From: Bacteroidales bacterium
GTDB lineage: Bacteria > Bacteroidota > Bacteroidia > Bacteroidales > GWA2-32-17
DNA length: 64,000 nt
Assembly (NCBI GenBank): GCA_013314715.1
Contig: JABUFC010000012.1
Coordinates: 169-64,168 of the forward strand
Direction of reading: 5' to 3'
The notes under the pieces were generated by a model that had not been told where the DNA came from, ran no database searches, and worked only from the letters and a program-made list of their open reading frames with translations. The translations under genes and the position numbers were made by a program. Below, piece by piece: positions 8,301-16,917 of the stretch; the stretch's first letter is position 1, and every line of letters begins with the position of its first letter.

Positions 8301-10146
8301 GAATATTGTTTCTACTACTGGTAGTGTATCGTATCAATGGGGTCCAACTTCGAGTATAGTAAGTGGTGATACGACTGCTTCACCGGTTGTAAATCCGCAA
8401 CAAAACACTACTTACATGGTAACAGCGACTGAAAGCCATGGTTGTACTACAATCGATTCGGTGCATGTTAATATAGATCCTTTTAATGCTCAATTTTCTT
8501 CAATTCAACCAGTCTTGTGTCATAATCAGTGCGATGGAGCTATACAAGTATTGGTTACTGATCCTGTTTTACCTGTTACTTATCATTGGAGTAACTCTGG
8601 TAATGGTTCTTACCAGCAAAATCTTTGTGCAGGTACTTACTCTGTAACGGTTACCGATGCTATTGGTTGCAGCAAAGTATTACAAACAAATTTTACCAAT
8701 CCTCCACTATTGGAAGCAAGCATTCAGGTTTTGGCTTTAGCCCAATGCGATCCGCAGCATGCCAATACAGGATCTGTTGGAGCACAAGCATGGGGTGGTA
8801 CACCCGGTTATCATTACCACTGGAACACCAACGATACCATTCCTGTTTTACAAAATTTATTTGCGGGCACTTATACGGTTACTATAACTGACCATAATGG
8901 ATGCGATACGGTTTTAAGTGCGGTTATTAACGACCCTTCGCCGTTACAGATTTCAACATCACAACAACCAGCCAGCTGTTTCGGTTTCTGTGATGGCAGT
9001 GCTCAAGTTTTCATCACAACTCAAGGCACACCACCTTACAACTACCTGTGGAATACGCAAAACACCTCGACTACCATTCAAAACTTATGTTCCGGTGTTT
9101 ATTCGGTTACCGTTACCGATGCTGAATATTGCGTACGTGTACAATCTATTTTAGTTCAGCAGCCCGATAGTATTCGACCGGTGCTCAATATTCCTGCTAT
9201 TCCATGTTATGGCGATACGACTAGCATTTACATTACCGATGTTTTAGGTGGAACGCCCGATTATACATATTTGTGGAACGATGGCAGTACAAATGCTTCA
9301 CTTCATGGTATTGGCAGTGGAGTTTATTCGCTTATTATTACCGATTCGCACCAATGTAAAGATACTACACAAATTAGCGTTATACAACCTTCGTTGCTTG
9401 AGGCTACTGCTAATGTAAACCATACGCTTTGTTCCGCTTCGTGCAACGGAAGCATTAACATAACGCCTCAAGGAGGCACATCGCCATATAGTTTTGTATG
9501 GTCAAATGGTGCCCACACACAAAATATTCAAAATTTGTGTGAGGGCTATTACGAGGTAACCATCACCGATGCTCAGGGGTGTTCTTATACCGATCAATAT
9601 GGAGTCGCTAATAATCATTACTATCCACCTTTAAATGCAATGGCGCAACCCTATGTTATTTATCACGGACAAAGTTCACATTTATATGCCGATGCCAATA
9701 GCAATTTGCATTTTGTATGGTGGCCTGCTCATACGTTATCAAATGGGTATGTTCAAAATCCTATTGCTACTCCCGATAGCACAACAGCTTATATCGTTGA
9801 AATAACTGATGCCTTTGGGTGCACCAATGTTGATACTGTTGTTGTTACTGTTCTTGATGTTGTTTGTGACGAACCCTACATTTATGTTCCCAATGCCTTT
9901 ACTCCTAATGGCGATGGCAACAACGATGTATTATATGTTCATGCCGATATGGCAACCGATTTATATTTTGCTATTTATGACCGATGGGGCGAAAAAATGT
10001 TTGAAACTACCGATGCCTCAAAAGGATGGAATGGTATGTACAAAGGCAAACCACTCGATCCCGCTGTATTTGTGTATTATTTAAAAGTTACTTGTTTAAA
10101 TCGTTTGCAGTTCGAGAAGAAAGGGAATATCACGTTAATTCGATAA
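5386..10146 (+). CDS. Giant cell-surface adhesin: SBBP beta-propeller repeats, PKD domain, 5 SprB-type repeats, T9SS type B (gliding-motility-associated) C-terminal domain
   Basis: The ORF track starts at TTG 5356. ATG 5386 gives the signal peptide '[27 protein letters not shown]'. Repeated 'SSDFPTT' SBBP-like motifs. PKD '[30 protein letters not shown]'. SprB repeats of the form 'C.G..DG.I......GGT.PY.Y.W....T...I.NL.AG.Y.VT.TD..GC'. C-terminus '[19 protein letters not shown]...[11 protein letters not shown]...[22 protein letters not shown]' matches the TIGR04131-type CTD. Confidence 0.85.
   Translation: [1586 protein letters not shown]
8512..9592 (+). repeat. Array of 5 diverged SprB-type protein repeats (period about 222-237 nt) inside the adhesin gene
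   Basis: Repeat units begin near 8512, 8749, 8971, 9199 and 9424. Each encodes a Cys-framed unit ending in 'VT(V/I)TD..GC'. Confidence 0.8.
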
Positions 10147-10150
10147 AAAG

Positions 10151-11239
10151 ATGGTATTACTGAATACATATAGAAAATGGCTAAAAACTCAGATGCGTTA
10201 TACTGAAATTTATTCGACATCTCCAAAAACTAGGCACTTTATTGCTATTACTTTAAGTTTTATGTTTATTTCCTTAAACTTTTTTTCTCAAGACATTCAT
10301 TTTTCGCAATCGCATTTATCACCATTAAACCTAAATCCAGCTGAAACTGGTCGTTTTAATGCCGATTACAGGGCACATGTAAATCAACGCACACAATGGC
10401 GATCTATTACGGTTCCTTATGTTACTTTTTCTGCCAGTTTTGAAAAAAAATTCAATCAATTAAGCTTGCCTGGGAACATTTCGGCAGGCTTGCTTTTTAA
10501 TTCTGACAAAGCAGGTGATGGTCATTTTGGAACCAATCAAATTGGGCTATCCTCATCGTATTTAATCCCCATTAGCGATTCACTCTGGGAAGTTAGCATT
10601 GGGCTATTAGGTATGTGGAACCAAAATTCAGTCGATTATACCCAATTTTATTTTGACAACCAATACAACGGCTACATGTACGACCCGACGATTGCACCCA
10701 TGGAACAATTTCCGAGAAGCCAAATGCACTATTTTGATGTTCATGGTGGTTTATGGATAAAAAGATGGATAAAACCTCAGATTCCAATCATTTTGGGTAT
10801 GGCTGCATATCATATCAACCAGCCGAAAAAAACTTTTTATCAGGAAATCAATGTAAAATTAGACCGAAAAATAACCTTTTATGCCCAGTCATCATTAACC
10901 ATTTCGCAACAAACCTATTTACAGCCTTCGATATATTGGTTCAAACAAAAAATGCTCAACGAGGTATATTTAGGTGGTTTGCTTTATCGCAAAACTCAAG
11001 ACTTATCGTTCAGAGGTTTTTACCTTGGAGGATGGTTTCGCATAGGCGATGCAGCTATTTTAACAACAGCTATTGATTATCAGAATTTCCATATCGGATT
11101 AAGTTACGATTTCAATATTTCGCCTTTAGTTACTGCAAGCAATGGCCGTGGAGGCTTAGAAATAGCCATACGCTACATTTTTTCAAATCCTACTCGAATA
11201 CCATTGCCCGAGAAACATATTTGTCCAACGTTTTTGTAA
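10151..11239 (+). CDS. porP: PorP/SprF family type IX secretion system membrane protein
   Basis: Starts 4 nt after the adhesin stop. 'QDIHFSQSHLSPLNLNPAETG', 'NQRTQWRSI' and C-terminal 'IGLSYDFNISPLVTASNGRGGLEIAIRYIF' match the conserved FSQ..NPA / YR.QW / GshE blocks of TIGR03519 as I recall them. The start could instead be the internal ATG at 10193. Confidence 0.8.
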   Translation: MVLLNTYRKWLKTQMRYTEIYSTSPKTRHFIAITLSFMFISLNFFSQDIHFSQSHLSPLNLNPAETGRFNADYRAHVNQRTQWRSITVPYVTFSASFEKKFNQLSLPGNISAGLLFNSDKAGDGHFGTNQIGLSSSYLIPISDSLWEVSIGLLGMWNQNSVDYTQFYFDNQYNGYMYDPTIAPMEQFPRSQMHYFDVHGGLWIKRWIKPQIPIILGMAAYHINQPKKTFYQEINVKLDRKITFYAQSSLTISQQTYLQPSIYWFKQKMLNEVYLGGLLYRKTQDLSFRGFYLGGWFRIGDAAILTTAIDYQNFHIGLSYDFNISPLVTASNGRGGLEIAIRYIFSNPTRIPLPEKHICPTFL

Positions 11240-13173
11240 TGATTATGAGAGTTTGGGTTGTTTTTCTTTTTGTAGTTTTAAGTTCGGTTGCCATGTCGCA
11301 ATCGGCAAAACAATTCATAAAAGCCGGTAAAAAAGCATACAACAATACCAACTACGAATCGGCTGTTTATTATTTTGGCAAGGCTCTAGAGCAAGAGCAA
11401 AATGCACAACTTGCATGGTATATGGCAGAAGCAGCCCGATTAAACCACGATTTTGAAATTGCTGAAAAATGGTATTCGTATGTAGAACAAAACGGTTTAG
11501 AAAAATTTCCACTTACCACTTTTTGGTTAGCTACGGTTCAAAAAAATTTAGGCAAATATCAGCGTGCACAATTGAATTTTAAAAAATACGTGCAAAAGCA
11601 CGCTTCTGTTAAAGACTATTATACTTTAAAAGCACGTCATGAGGTTCTTTCATGCGAAAATGCCCTGTTTTTAACCTTTGATAAAAACCAAACACCAATT
11701 TACACGTTTGATTCTACCATCAATAGCCCTTACAGCGAATTTCAGGCATATTTGACTTATGATTCACTTTTTTGGCTTACTTCGTATAAGCCTTTATCGG
11801 GTGAGGATAGCTTAACATTTACTTCTAAATTATTAAACTTTAAAATAGATTCAACCCAATTCATTCTCTTACCTATTGACAGTATGATTAACAAACCCAA
11901 CCGCTTTGTTTCGAGCTTTGCTTTGATGAATAAAAACACGACTATGGTTATAAGTTTATGCAACAAAAAAATGGGCAACCATTTCTTTTGTCAACTATAT
12001 AAAAGCCATAAAAAACATTCATCTTGGTCAGAGCCGGAGTTGCTAAAAAGCCCTATCAATATAACCAATGGTTCAACGACCCATCCTTTTGTTATTGAAA
12101 CCGACACGAATTGTTATTTACTTTTTGCTTCAGACCGTAAAGGAGGATTTGGTCAATACGATTTATGGGCTGTAGCTATTGATTCAACGCTCAACCCAAT
12201 AGATAGTGTTTTTAATCTAGGAAAGAATATCAATAGTATGGATAACGAACTTAGTCCTTTTTACGATTTAAAAACAAAAACTCTTTTTTTTAGTAGCGAA
12301 TGGTTTACCAATTTAGGTGGTTTTGATATCTTTTCGTCGTATGGATGGATAAAAAACCTTTATCCTCCACAAAATATGGGATATCCTATCAACACGAATC
12401 ACAACGAAGTTTTCTATCAATTAGCTCAAGATGGCTCAATGGCATTGTTCGCATCTAACAGAATTTTAAATTCACTAACCAAAAATGAAAAATGTTGCAA
12501 CGATATTTTTTACATTCCTTTAGAAAAGCCCTTAACCGATAGTTTATTAATAGTTCAAACCAAGCAAAAAACGCAAAAAAAAGCCGAAGAACTTATTCCT
12601 GTTACCTTATACTTTCATAACGATGAACCTAATCCACGCACATACGACACCACAACTCAATTTTCGTACGATGAACTTTACGAAAAATACATGGCTATGC
12701 GTTACGAATACATAAAAATGTATGGTGCAAAACTTAAAGAAAAAGAAAAACTCAATGCCGAATCTGAAATTGATGCTTTTTTTAGCGACGAAGTAGAAAA
12801 AAATTACTTAAAAATGTTAAGTTTTATACAATTGCTTAAACAAATGCTGTTACAAGGACAACATATTGCCATAACCATAAAAGGTTATGCCAGCCCTTTA
12901 AATAATCATGCTTACAACTTAAATTTATCGAAACGTAGAGTTCAAAGCTTAATTAACATGCTATACCGCTATGAAGATGGTTTTTTTGTTCCCTTTATAG
13001 AGGGAAAGGCATTGAATGGCGGCAAATTAGATATTCTTCGCGAAGCCTTTGGCGAAAACATGGTAGCTCAAGGAGTAAGTGATGACCTTCGCGATCAACG
13101 CAATTCTGTATATAGTCCCGCAGCTGCTAAAGAACGCAAGATAGCTGTTATTGCTGTTAAGTTTAATAATTAA
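11239..13173 (+). CDS. OmpA-family protein with N-terminal TPR and TolB-like PD40 repeats
   Basis: The ORF track starts at TTG 11221. ATG 11239 shares one base with the porP stop (TAATG) and gives the signal peptide 'MIMRVWVVFLFVVLSSVAMSQ'. PD40-like 'LLFASDRKGGFGQYDLWAV'. C-terminal OmpA-like 'ITIKGYASPLNNHAYNLNLSKRRVQSL'. Adhesin-PorP-OmpA is a recurrent Bacteroidota gene order. Confidence 0.8.
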   Translation: MIMRVWVVFLFVVLSSVAMSQSAKQFIKAGKKAYNNTNYESAVYYFGKALEQEQNAQLAWYMAEAARLNHDFEIAEKWYSYVEQNGLEKFPLTTFWLATVQKNLGKYQRAQLNFKKYVQKHASVKDYYTLKARHEVLSCENALFLTFDKNQTPIYTFDSTINSPYSEFQAYLTYDSLFWLTSYKPLSGEDSLTFTSKLLNFKIDSTQFILLPIDSMINKPNRFVSSFALMNKNTTMVISLCNKKMGNHFFCQLYKSHKKHSSWSEPELLKSPINITNGSTTHPFVIETDTNCYLLFASDRKGGFGQYDLWAVAIDSTLNPIDSVFNLGKNINSMDNELSPFYDLKTKTLFFSSEWFTNLGGFDIFSSYGWIKNLYPPQNMGYPINTNHNEVFYQLAQDGSMALFASNRILNSLTKNEKCCNDIFYIPLEKPLTDSLLIVQTKQKTQKKAEELIPVTLYFHNDEPNPRTYDTTTQFSYDELYEKYMAMRYEYIKMYGAKLKEKEKLNAESEIDAFFSDEVEKNYLKMLSFIQLLKQMLLQGQHIAITIKGYASPLNNHAYNLNLSKRRVQSLINMLYRYEDGFFVPFIEGKALNGGKLDILREAFGENMVAQGVSDDLRDQRNSVYSPAAAKERKIAVIAVKFNN

Positions 13174-13186
13174 AACAATATTGTTT

Positions 13187-13229
13187 TAGATAAAAACTAA
13201 TCACTGATTTATTTTTTTTATCTATTTTT
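13187..13229 (+). terminator. Possible weak AT-rich terminator hairpin after the OmpA-family gene
   Basis: tagataaaaa (13187-13196) pairs with tttttatcta (13215-13224) around an 18-nt loop, then TTTTT. Only two G:C pairs, so stability is low. Confidence 0.3.
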
Positions 13230-13263
13230 CACCTATGTTTTTGTGTATAATAAAAAATCGTTA

Positions 13264-13271
13264 TATCTTTG
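13264..13271 (+). promoter_or_regulatory. -7 promoter box TATCTTTG
   Basis: Fits TAnnTTTG, 29 nt upstream of ATG 13300. Confidence 0.45.
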
Positions 13272-13299
13272 TTTGAAATAATCTTAAAACTATCATACT

Positions 13300-15090
13300 A
13301 TGAAAACGATCTTAAAACTTTCGATGATTTTTTCGCTTTTAATACTTTTTTTTAACGCTTGCAAAAAAGATAGAGACGAAACTCCCACTCCTTCTACTCC
13401 CACATCTATTGTGGTTCCTGTTTCGGGCACTGTAGTAGATGCTTATGGTCAACCTTTGGCAGATGTAACGGTAAAGGCAGGAAATTATACTACTACTACT
13501 GATTATACGGGTAGTTTTTATTTTCCAACTGTTAATTTTGGAACTTCAAGATATATTATAACCTTCGAAAAAACAGGTTATTTTACATTAACGCGTTCGG
13601 GTGTTCCTCAAGCAGGCAAACCTATTAATTTAGCTATTGGTTTGATAGACGAAAATAATCCGACTTATGCAGCACAAAAAACATTTAATGCTACTCAAGC
13701 CGATTCAATAGAGCTTCCCGATGGTAGTGTTGTTTCTTTTCCTGCAAATGCTTTTATGAATCAAAATGGGACACCTTACACGGGTATGGTTACTGTTAAA
13801 GCTTGTTATTTAGATCCCACGTGGGATAATTATGGTATGTATGTTTTTGGTGGTGATTTATATGCAAAAGATATCAATAATAACGAGGTTATGTTAAATC
13901 CATTTTCGGGCTTAAATGTCGTGCTATATGATAATGCTGGTAATAAAATTCAACTCGATACCATTAACCATAAAATGGCAACAGTAGCCATGAAAATTCC
14001 TGCTCCCTTAGTTACCGAAGCACCCAATAATATAGAAACATGGGAATATGCTACTGCACAAGGACAACAAGTACAACGTGGACAAGCAGGCAAACATGGT
14101 GATAAATATGTAGGACAAGTAGCACATTTCTCTTACTGGAGTTGTCAGAGACCTCATACCGGTAAGGCAACCATTTGGGGTAAAGTAATTAAGGTTGTTA
14201 ATGGCGATAGCGTTGGCATTTCAGGTGTTAAAGTTAAAGTAGGACGCCAAATTGTTCTTACCGATTCCGAAGGTAAATACGAAGCTAAAGTGCCCGATAA
14301 TTTGCCTGGTATTGTCGTTGTTCCAATATTTGGCAATATCGGTTTTAGTCCTACCATTTTAAACAATGCTTTAGCCAATAACGAATCAAAACGTATAGAT
14401 TTTGTATTGCCAATGAGTTCTATTATTGCTATTCATGGTGTAGTTAAAAATTCTAATGGACAACCCATTGCTAATGCTTATGTAAGTGCAGAATGGTATA
14501 GTGGTTCTCAACAAAAAGTTGTAACATTTACAAATAACTTAGGTCGTTTTATATTACCGGTTGATGCTAATGCTTATTATGTAACGTTAGTTGCAAAAAC
14601 TCCAACTCAAGAAGTAAATAAATATATTTATTATCCAACGGACACAACGGAATACATACTTATAATGCCAGCTACACCAGGCAATAATAAATTAACAGTT
14701 AATGGGACAACTGTTTTTTCAATAGTAGGAAACTCTCAGGGCAATGATGTTTCTGGCTATTTTGGTGGAGATTCCTTGGAGGTATATGTTCATGTGTTCA
14801 ATACGGGTATGTTTTCTATTTATAGTCATAATGTGCAGTTTCCAATAAATGTGGGGCAACAATATTCTATACCTAATGATTTTACTGTACAATATGGCAC
14901 ACAACAATTAGTAAACCCAGACTCGTTACAATCTGGAACGATTACTTTTACTAAATTTTCTACCAATCCCGGTCAATTAATAGAAGGAACTGTTACCGGT
15001 CAAGGCTGGCAAGGAAATCAAGTTACTATTAACTTTTCGGTTCCTATTAGTGTGCAAAAATCAATGATAAATAGAAAACAAAAAAAATAG
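13300..15090 (+). CDS. Lipoprotein with carboxypeptidase-regulatory-like (CarboxypepD_reg) domains, function unknown
   Basis: Lipobox 'LILFFNAC'. Three segments such as 'VSGTVVDAYGQPLADVTVKAG', 'IWGKVIKVVNGDSVGISGVKVKVG' and 'IHGVVKNSNGQPIANAYVSA'. Has its own TAnnTTTG box and a strong downstream hairpin. Confidence 0.6.
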   Translation: MKTILKLSMIFSLLILFFNACKKDRDETPTPSTPTSIVVPVSGTVVDAYGQPLADVTVKAGNYTTTTDYTGSFYFPTVNFGTSRYIITFEKTGYFTLTRSGVPQAGKPINLAIGLIDENNPTYAAQKTFNATQADSIELPDGSVVSFPANAFMNQNGTPYTGMVTVKACYLDPTWDNYGMYVFGGDLYAKDINNNEVMLNPFSGLNVVLYDNAGNKIQLDTINHKMATVAMKIPAPLVTEAPNNIETWEYATAQGQQVQRGQAGKHGDKYVGQVAHFSYWSCQRPHTGKATIWGKVIKVVNGDSVGISGVKVKVGRQIVLTDSEGKYEAKVPDNLPGIVVVPIFGNIGFSPTILNNALANNESKRIDFVLPMSSIIAIHGVVKNSNGQPIANAYVSAEWYSGSQQKVVTFTNNLGRFILPVDANAYYVTLVAKTPTQEVNKYIYYPTDTTEYILIMPATPGNNKLTVNGTTVFSIVGNSQGNDVSGYFGGDSLEVYVHVFNTGMFSIYSHNVQFPINVGQQYSIPNDFTVQYGTQQLVNPDSLQSGTITFTKFSTNPGQLIEGTVTGQGWQGNQVTINFSVPISVQKSMINRKQKK

Positions 15091-15142
15091 TTTTTAATTG
15101 CAAAACCTGCAATTACCTAACTTTATTTTATTAAAAATTTAA

Positions 15143-15190
15143 AAAAATATTCCCGTTTACTACAAAGTCAAACGGGAATATTTTTATGAT
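15143..15190 (+). terminator. Strong hairpin / intrinsic terminator after the lipoprotein gene
   Basis: Perfect 16-bp stem aaaaatattcccgttt (15143-15158) / aaacgggaatattttt (15170-15185) with an 11-nt loop. The A-tract and T-tract form the stem flanks, so it could act in both directions. Confidence 0.6.
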
Positions 15191-15354
15191 ATAAAAAATA
15201 ATATGTTTTTTTATTAAGATTATATTTAGGGGAGTATAATAAACAGTATAAACTAATTTTTTTCTTTTTTTGAAAGTAAAGTTTATATATCGCCATAAAA
15301 GCATTTTTATTTTTTTATAGACATATATTCGATTACCTTTTGTAAATTTTAATG

Positions 15355-15362
15355 TAATTTTG
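15355..15362 (+). promoter_or_regulatory. -7 promoter box TAATTTTG for gltX
   Basis: Fits TAnnTTTG, 26 nt upstream of ATG 15388. Confidence 0.5.
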
Positions 15363-15387
15363 CTGCCATTATTCAATCATAAACATC

Positions 15388-16917
15388 ATGAACAGAGAAG
15401 TTAGAGTACGTTTTGCACCAAGTCCTACCGGACCGTTGCACATAGGAGGTGTTAGAACCGCCTTATATAATTATTTATTTGCTCGCAAGCATAACGGTAA
15501 GTTTATTCTACGTATAGAAGATACCGATCAACAACGTTTTGTGCCTGGTGCCGAAGAATATATTATCGAATCGCTTACATGGTGCGGAATTAAGTTTGAT
15601 GAGGGCGTTCATATAGGTGGTCCATATGGACCCTACAAACAATCGGAACGCAAAGCTATTTATAAACAATATGCTGATTACTTAATAGCCAAAGGCTCAG
15701 CTTATTATGCTTTTGATACGGCTGAAGAGCTTGAATCGTTGCGAAAACAATACGAAGCCGAAAAAAAGACTTTTCAATACGATATACACACACGTACAAG
15801 CCTTAAAAACAGTCTTACACTTAGCAAACAAGAAACACAAGATTGGATAAATGCTGGTAAACCTTATGTTGTACGTTTTAAAATGCCCGAAAACAGAATA
15901 TTGCAGCTTCACGACTTAATTCGTGGCGAAGTTACGGTCAACACATCAACCCTTGACGATAAAGTACTTTTCAAATCGGATGGTTTGCCCACTTATCACT
16001 TAGCCAATATTGTTGACGATCATTTAATGCAAATAAGCCATGTTATTAGAGGCGAAGAATGGTTGCCCTCATTGCCCCTGCATTATTTGCTTTATGAGGC
16101 TTTTGAATGGACCGACACCATGCCACTTTTTGCACATTTACCTCTATTGCTAAAACCCGATGGCAAAGGCAAATTGAGCAAACGCGATGGCGATCGTCTC
16201 GGTTTCCCTGTTTTCCCTTGCAATTGGCACAATCCAGATGGTGAACTCTACCCCGGGTTTAGAGAATGGGGTTATCTGCCTCAAGCTTTTATCAATATGC
16301 TAGCATTGTTAGGTTGGAATCCCGGAACCGACCAAGAATTATTCTCATTGAACGAACTTGTTGAACTTTTTACAATTGAAAGAGTGAATAAATCGGGAGC
16401 ACGCTTCGACCCTGAAAAAGCAAAGTGGTTTAATCAACAATACTTGAAAAAACTAAGCAATGACGAATTGACAGAACTAATTAAACCTATTATATTGGAG
16501 AGAGGAATAAATACAACTCCAGAAAAACTCCATAAAGTAATAGGTTTGTTAAAAGAAAGAGCCATATTTCCACAAGATATCATTAATGAAGGCATTTACT
16601 TTTTTCAAAAACCTCTTCAATACGACGATGCAGCTATTAAAAAGAGAATTAAGCCTACTTCTATCAACTTTTTAGAGCAATTAATCGATGATTTAAATAG
16701 CTGTAATTTTGCGAATGAGGAATTAGAAACCGCTATGAACACTTTTTGCCAGCAGCATCAACTGGGCTTAGGCGAAATTATGATACCCATTCGTATTGCC
16801 TTAGTAGGAACAACTAAAGGACCCCATTTAGGCGAAATTATGGAAGTTCTTGGCAAGAAAGAGTCGATTGATCGAATAACAACTTTCATAAGCTATTTAA
16901 AGCAATTTGCTTTTTAA
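15388..16917 (+). CDS. gltX: Glutamate--tRNA ligase
   Basis: 'RFAPSPTGPLHIGGVRTALYNYLFAR' (HIGH motif) and 'GKLSKRDG' (KMSKS motif). 509 aa. Confidence 0.95.
   Translation: MNREVRVRFAPSPTGPLHIGGVRTALYNYLFARKHNGKFILRIEDTDQQRFVPGAEEYIIESLTWCGIKFDEGVHIGGPYGPYKQSERKAIYKQYADYLIAKGSAYYAFDTAEELESLRKQYEAEKKTFQYDIHTRTSLKNSLTLSKQETQDWINAGKPYVVRFKMPENRILQLHDLIRGEVTVNTSTLDDKVLFKSDGLPTYHLANIVDDHLMQISHVIRGEEWLPSLPLHYLLYEAFEWTDTMPLFAHLPLLLKPDGKGKLSKRDGDRLGFPVFPCNWHNPDGELYPGFREWGYLPQAFINMLALLGWNPGTDQELFSLNELVELFTIERVNKSGARFDPEKAKWFNQQYLKKLSNDELTELIKPIILERGINTTPEKLHKVIGLLKERAIFPQDIINEGIYFFQKPLQYDDAAIKKRIKPTSINFLEQLIDDLNSCNFANEELETAMNTFCQQHQLGLGEIMIPIRIALVGTTKGPHLGEIMEVLGKKESIDRITTFISYLKQFAF

Noticed and set aside
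15131-15376. 81-aa minus-strand ORF in the gap between the lipoprotein gene and gltX
   Set aside because: Extremely low-complexity K/I/F/Y-rich translation of AT-rich DNA. The ORF overlaps the strong terminator hairpin (15143-15185) and the gltX promoter box. No start context or recognisable fold.
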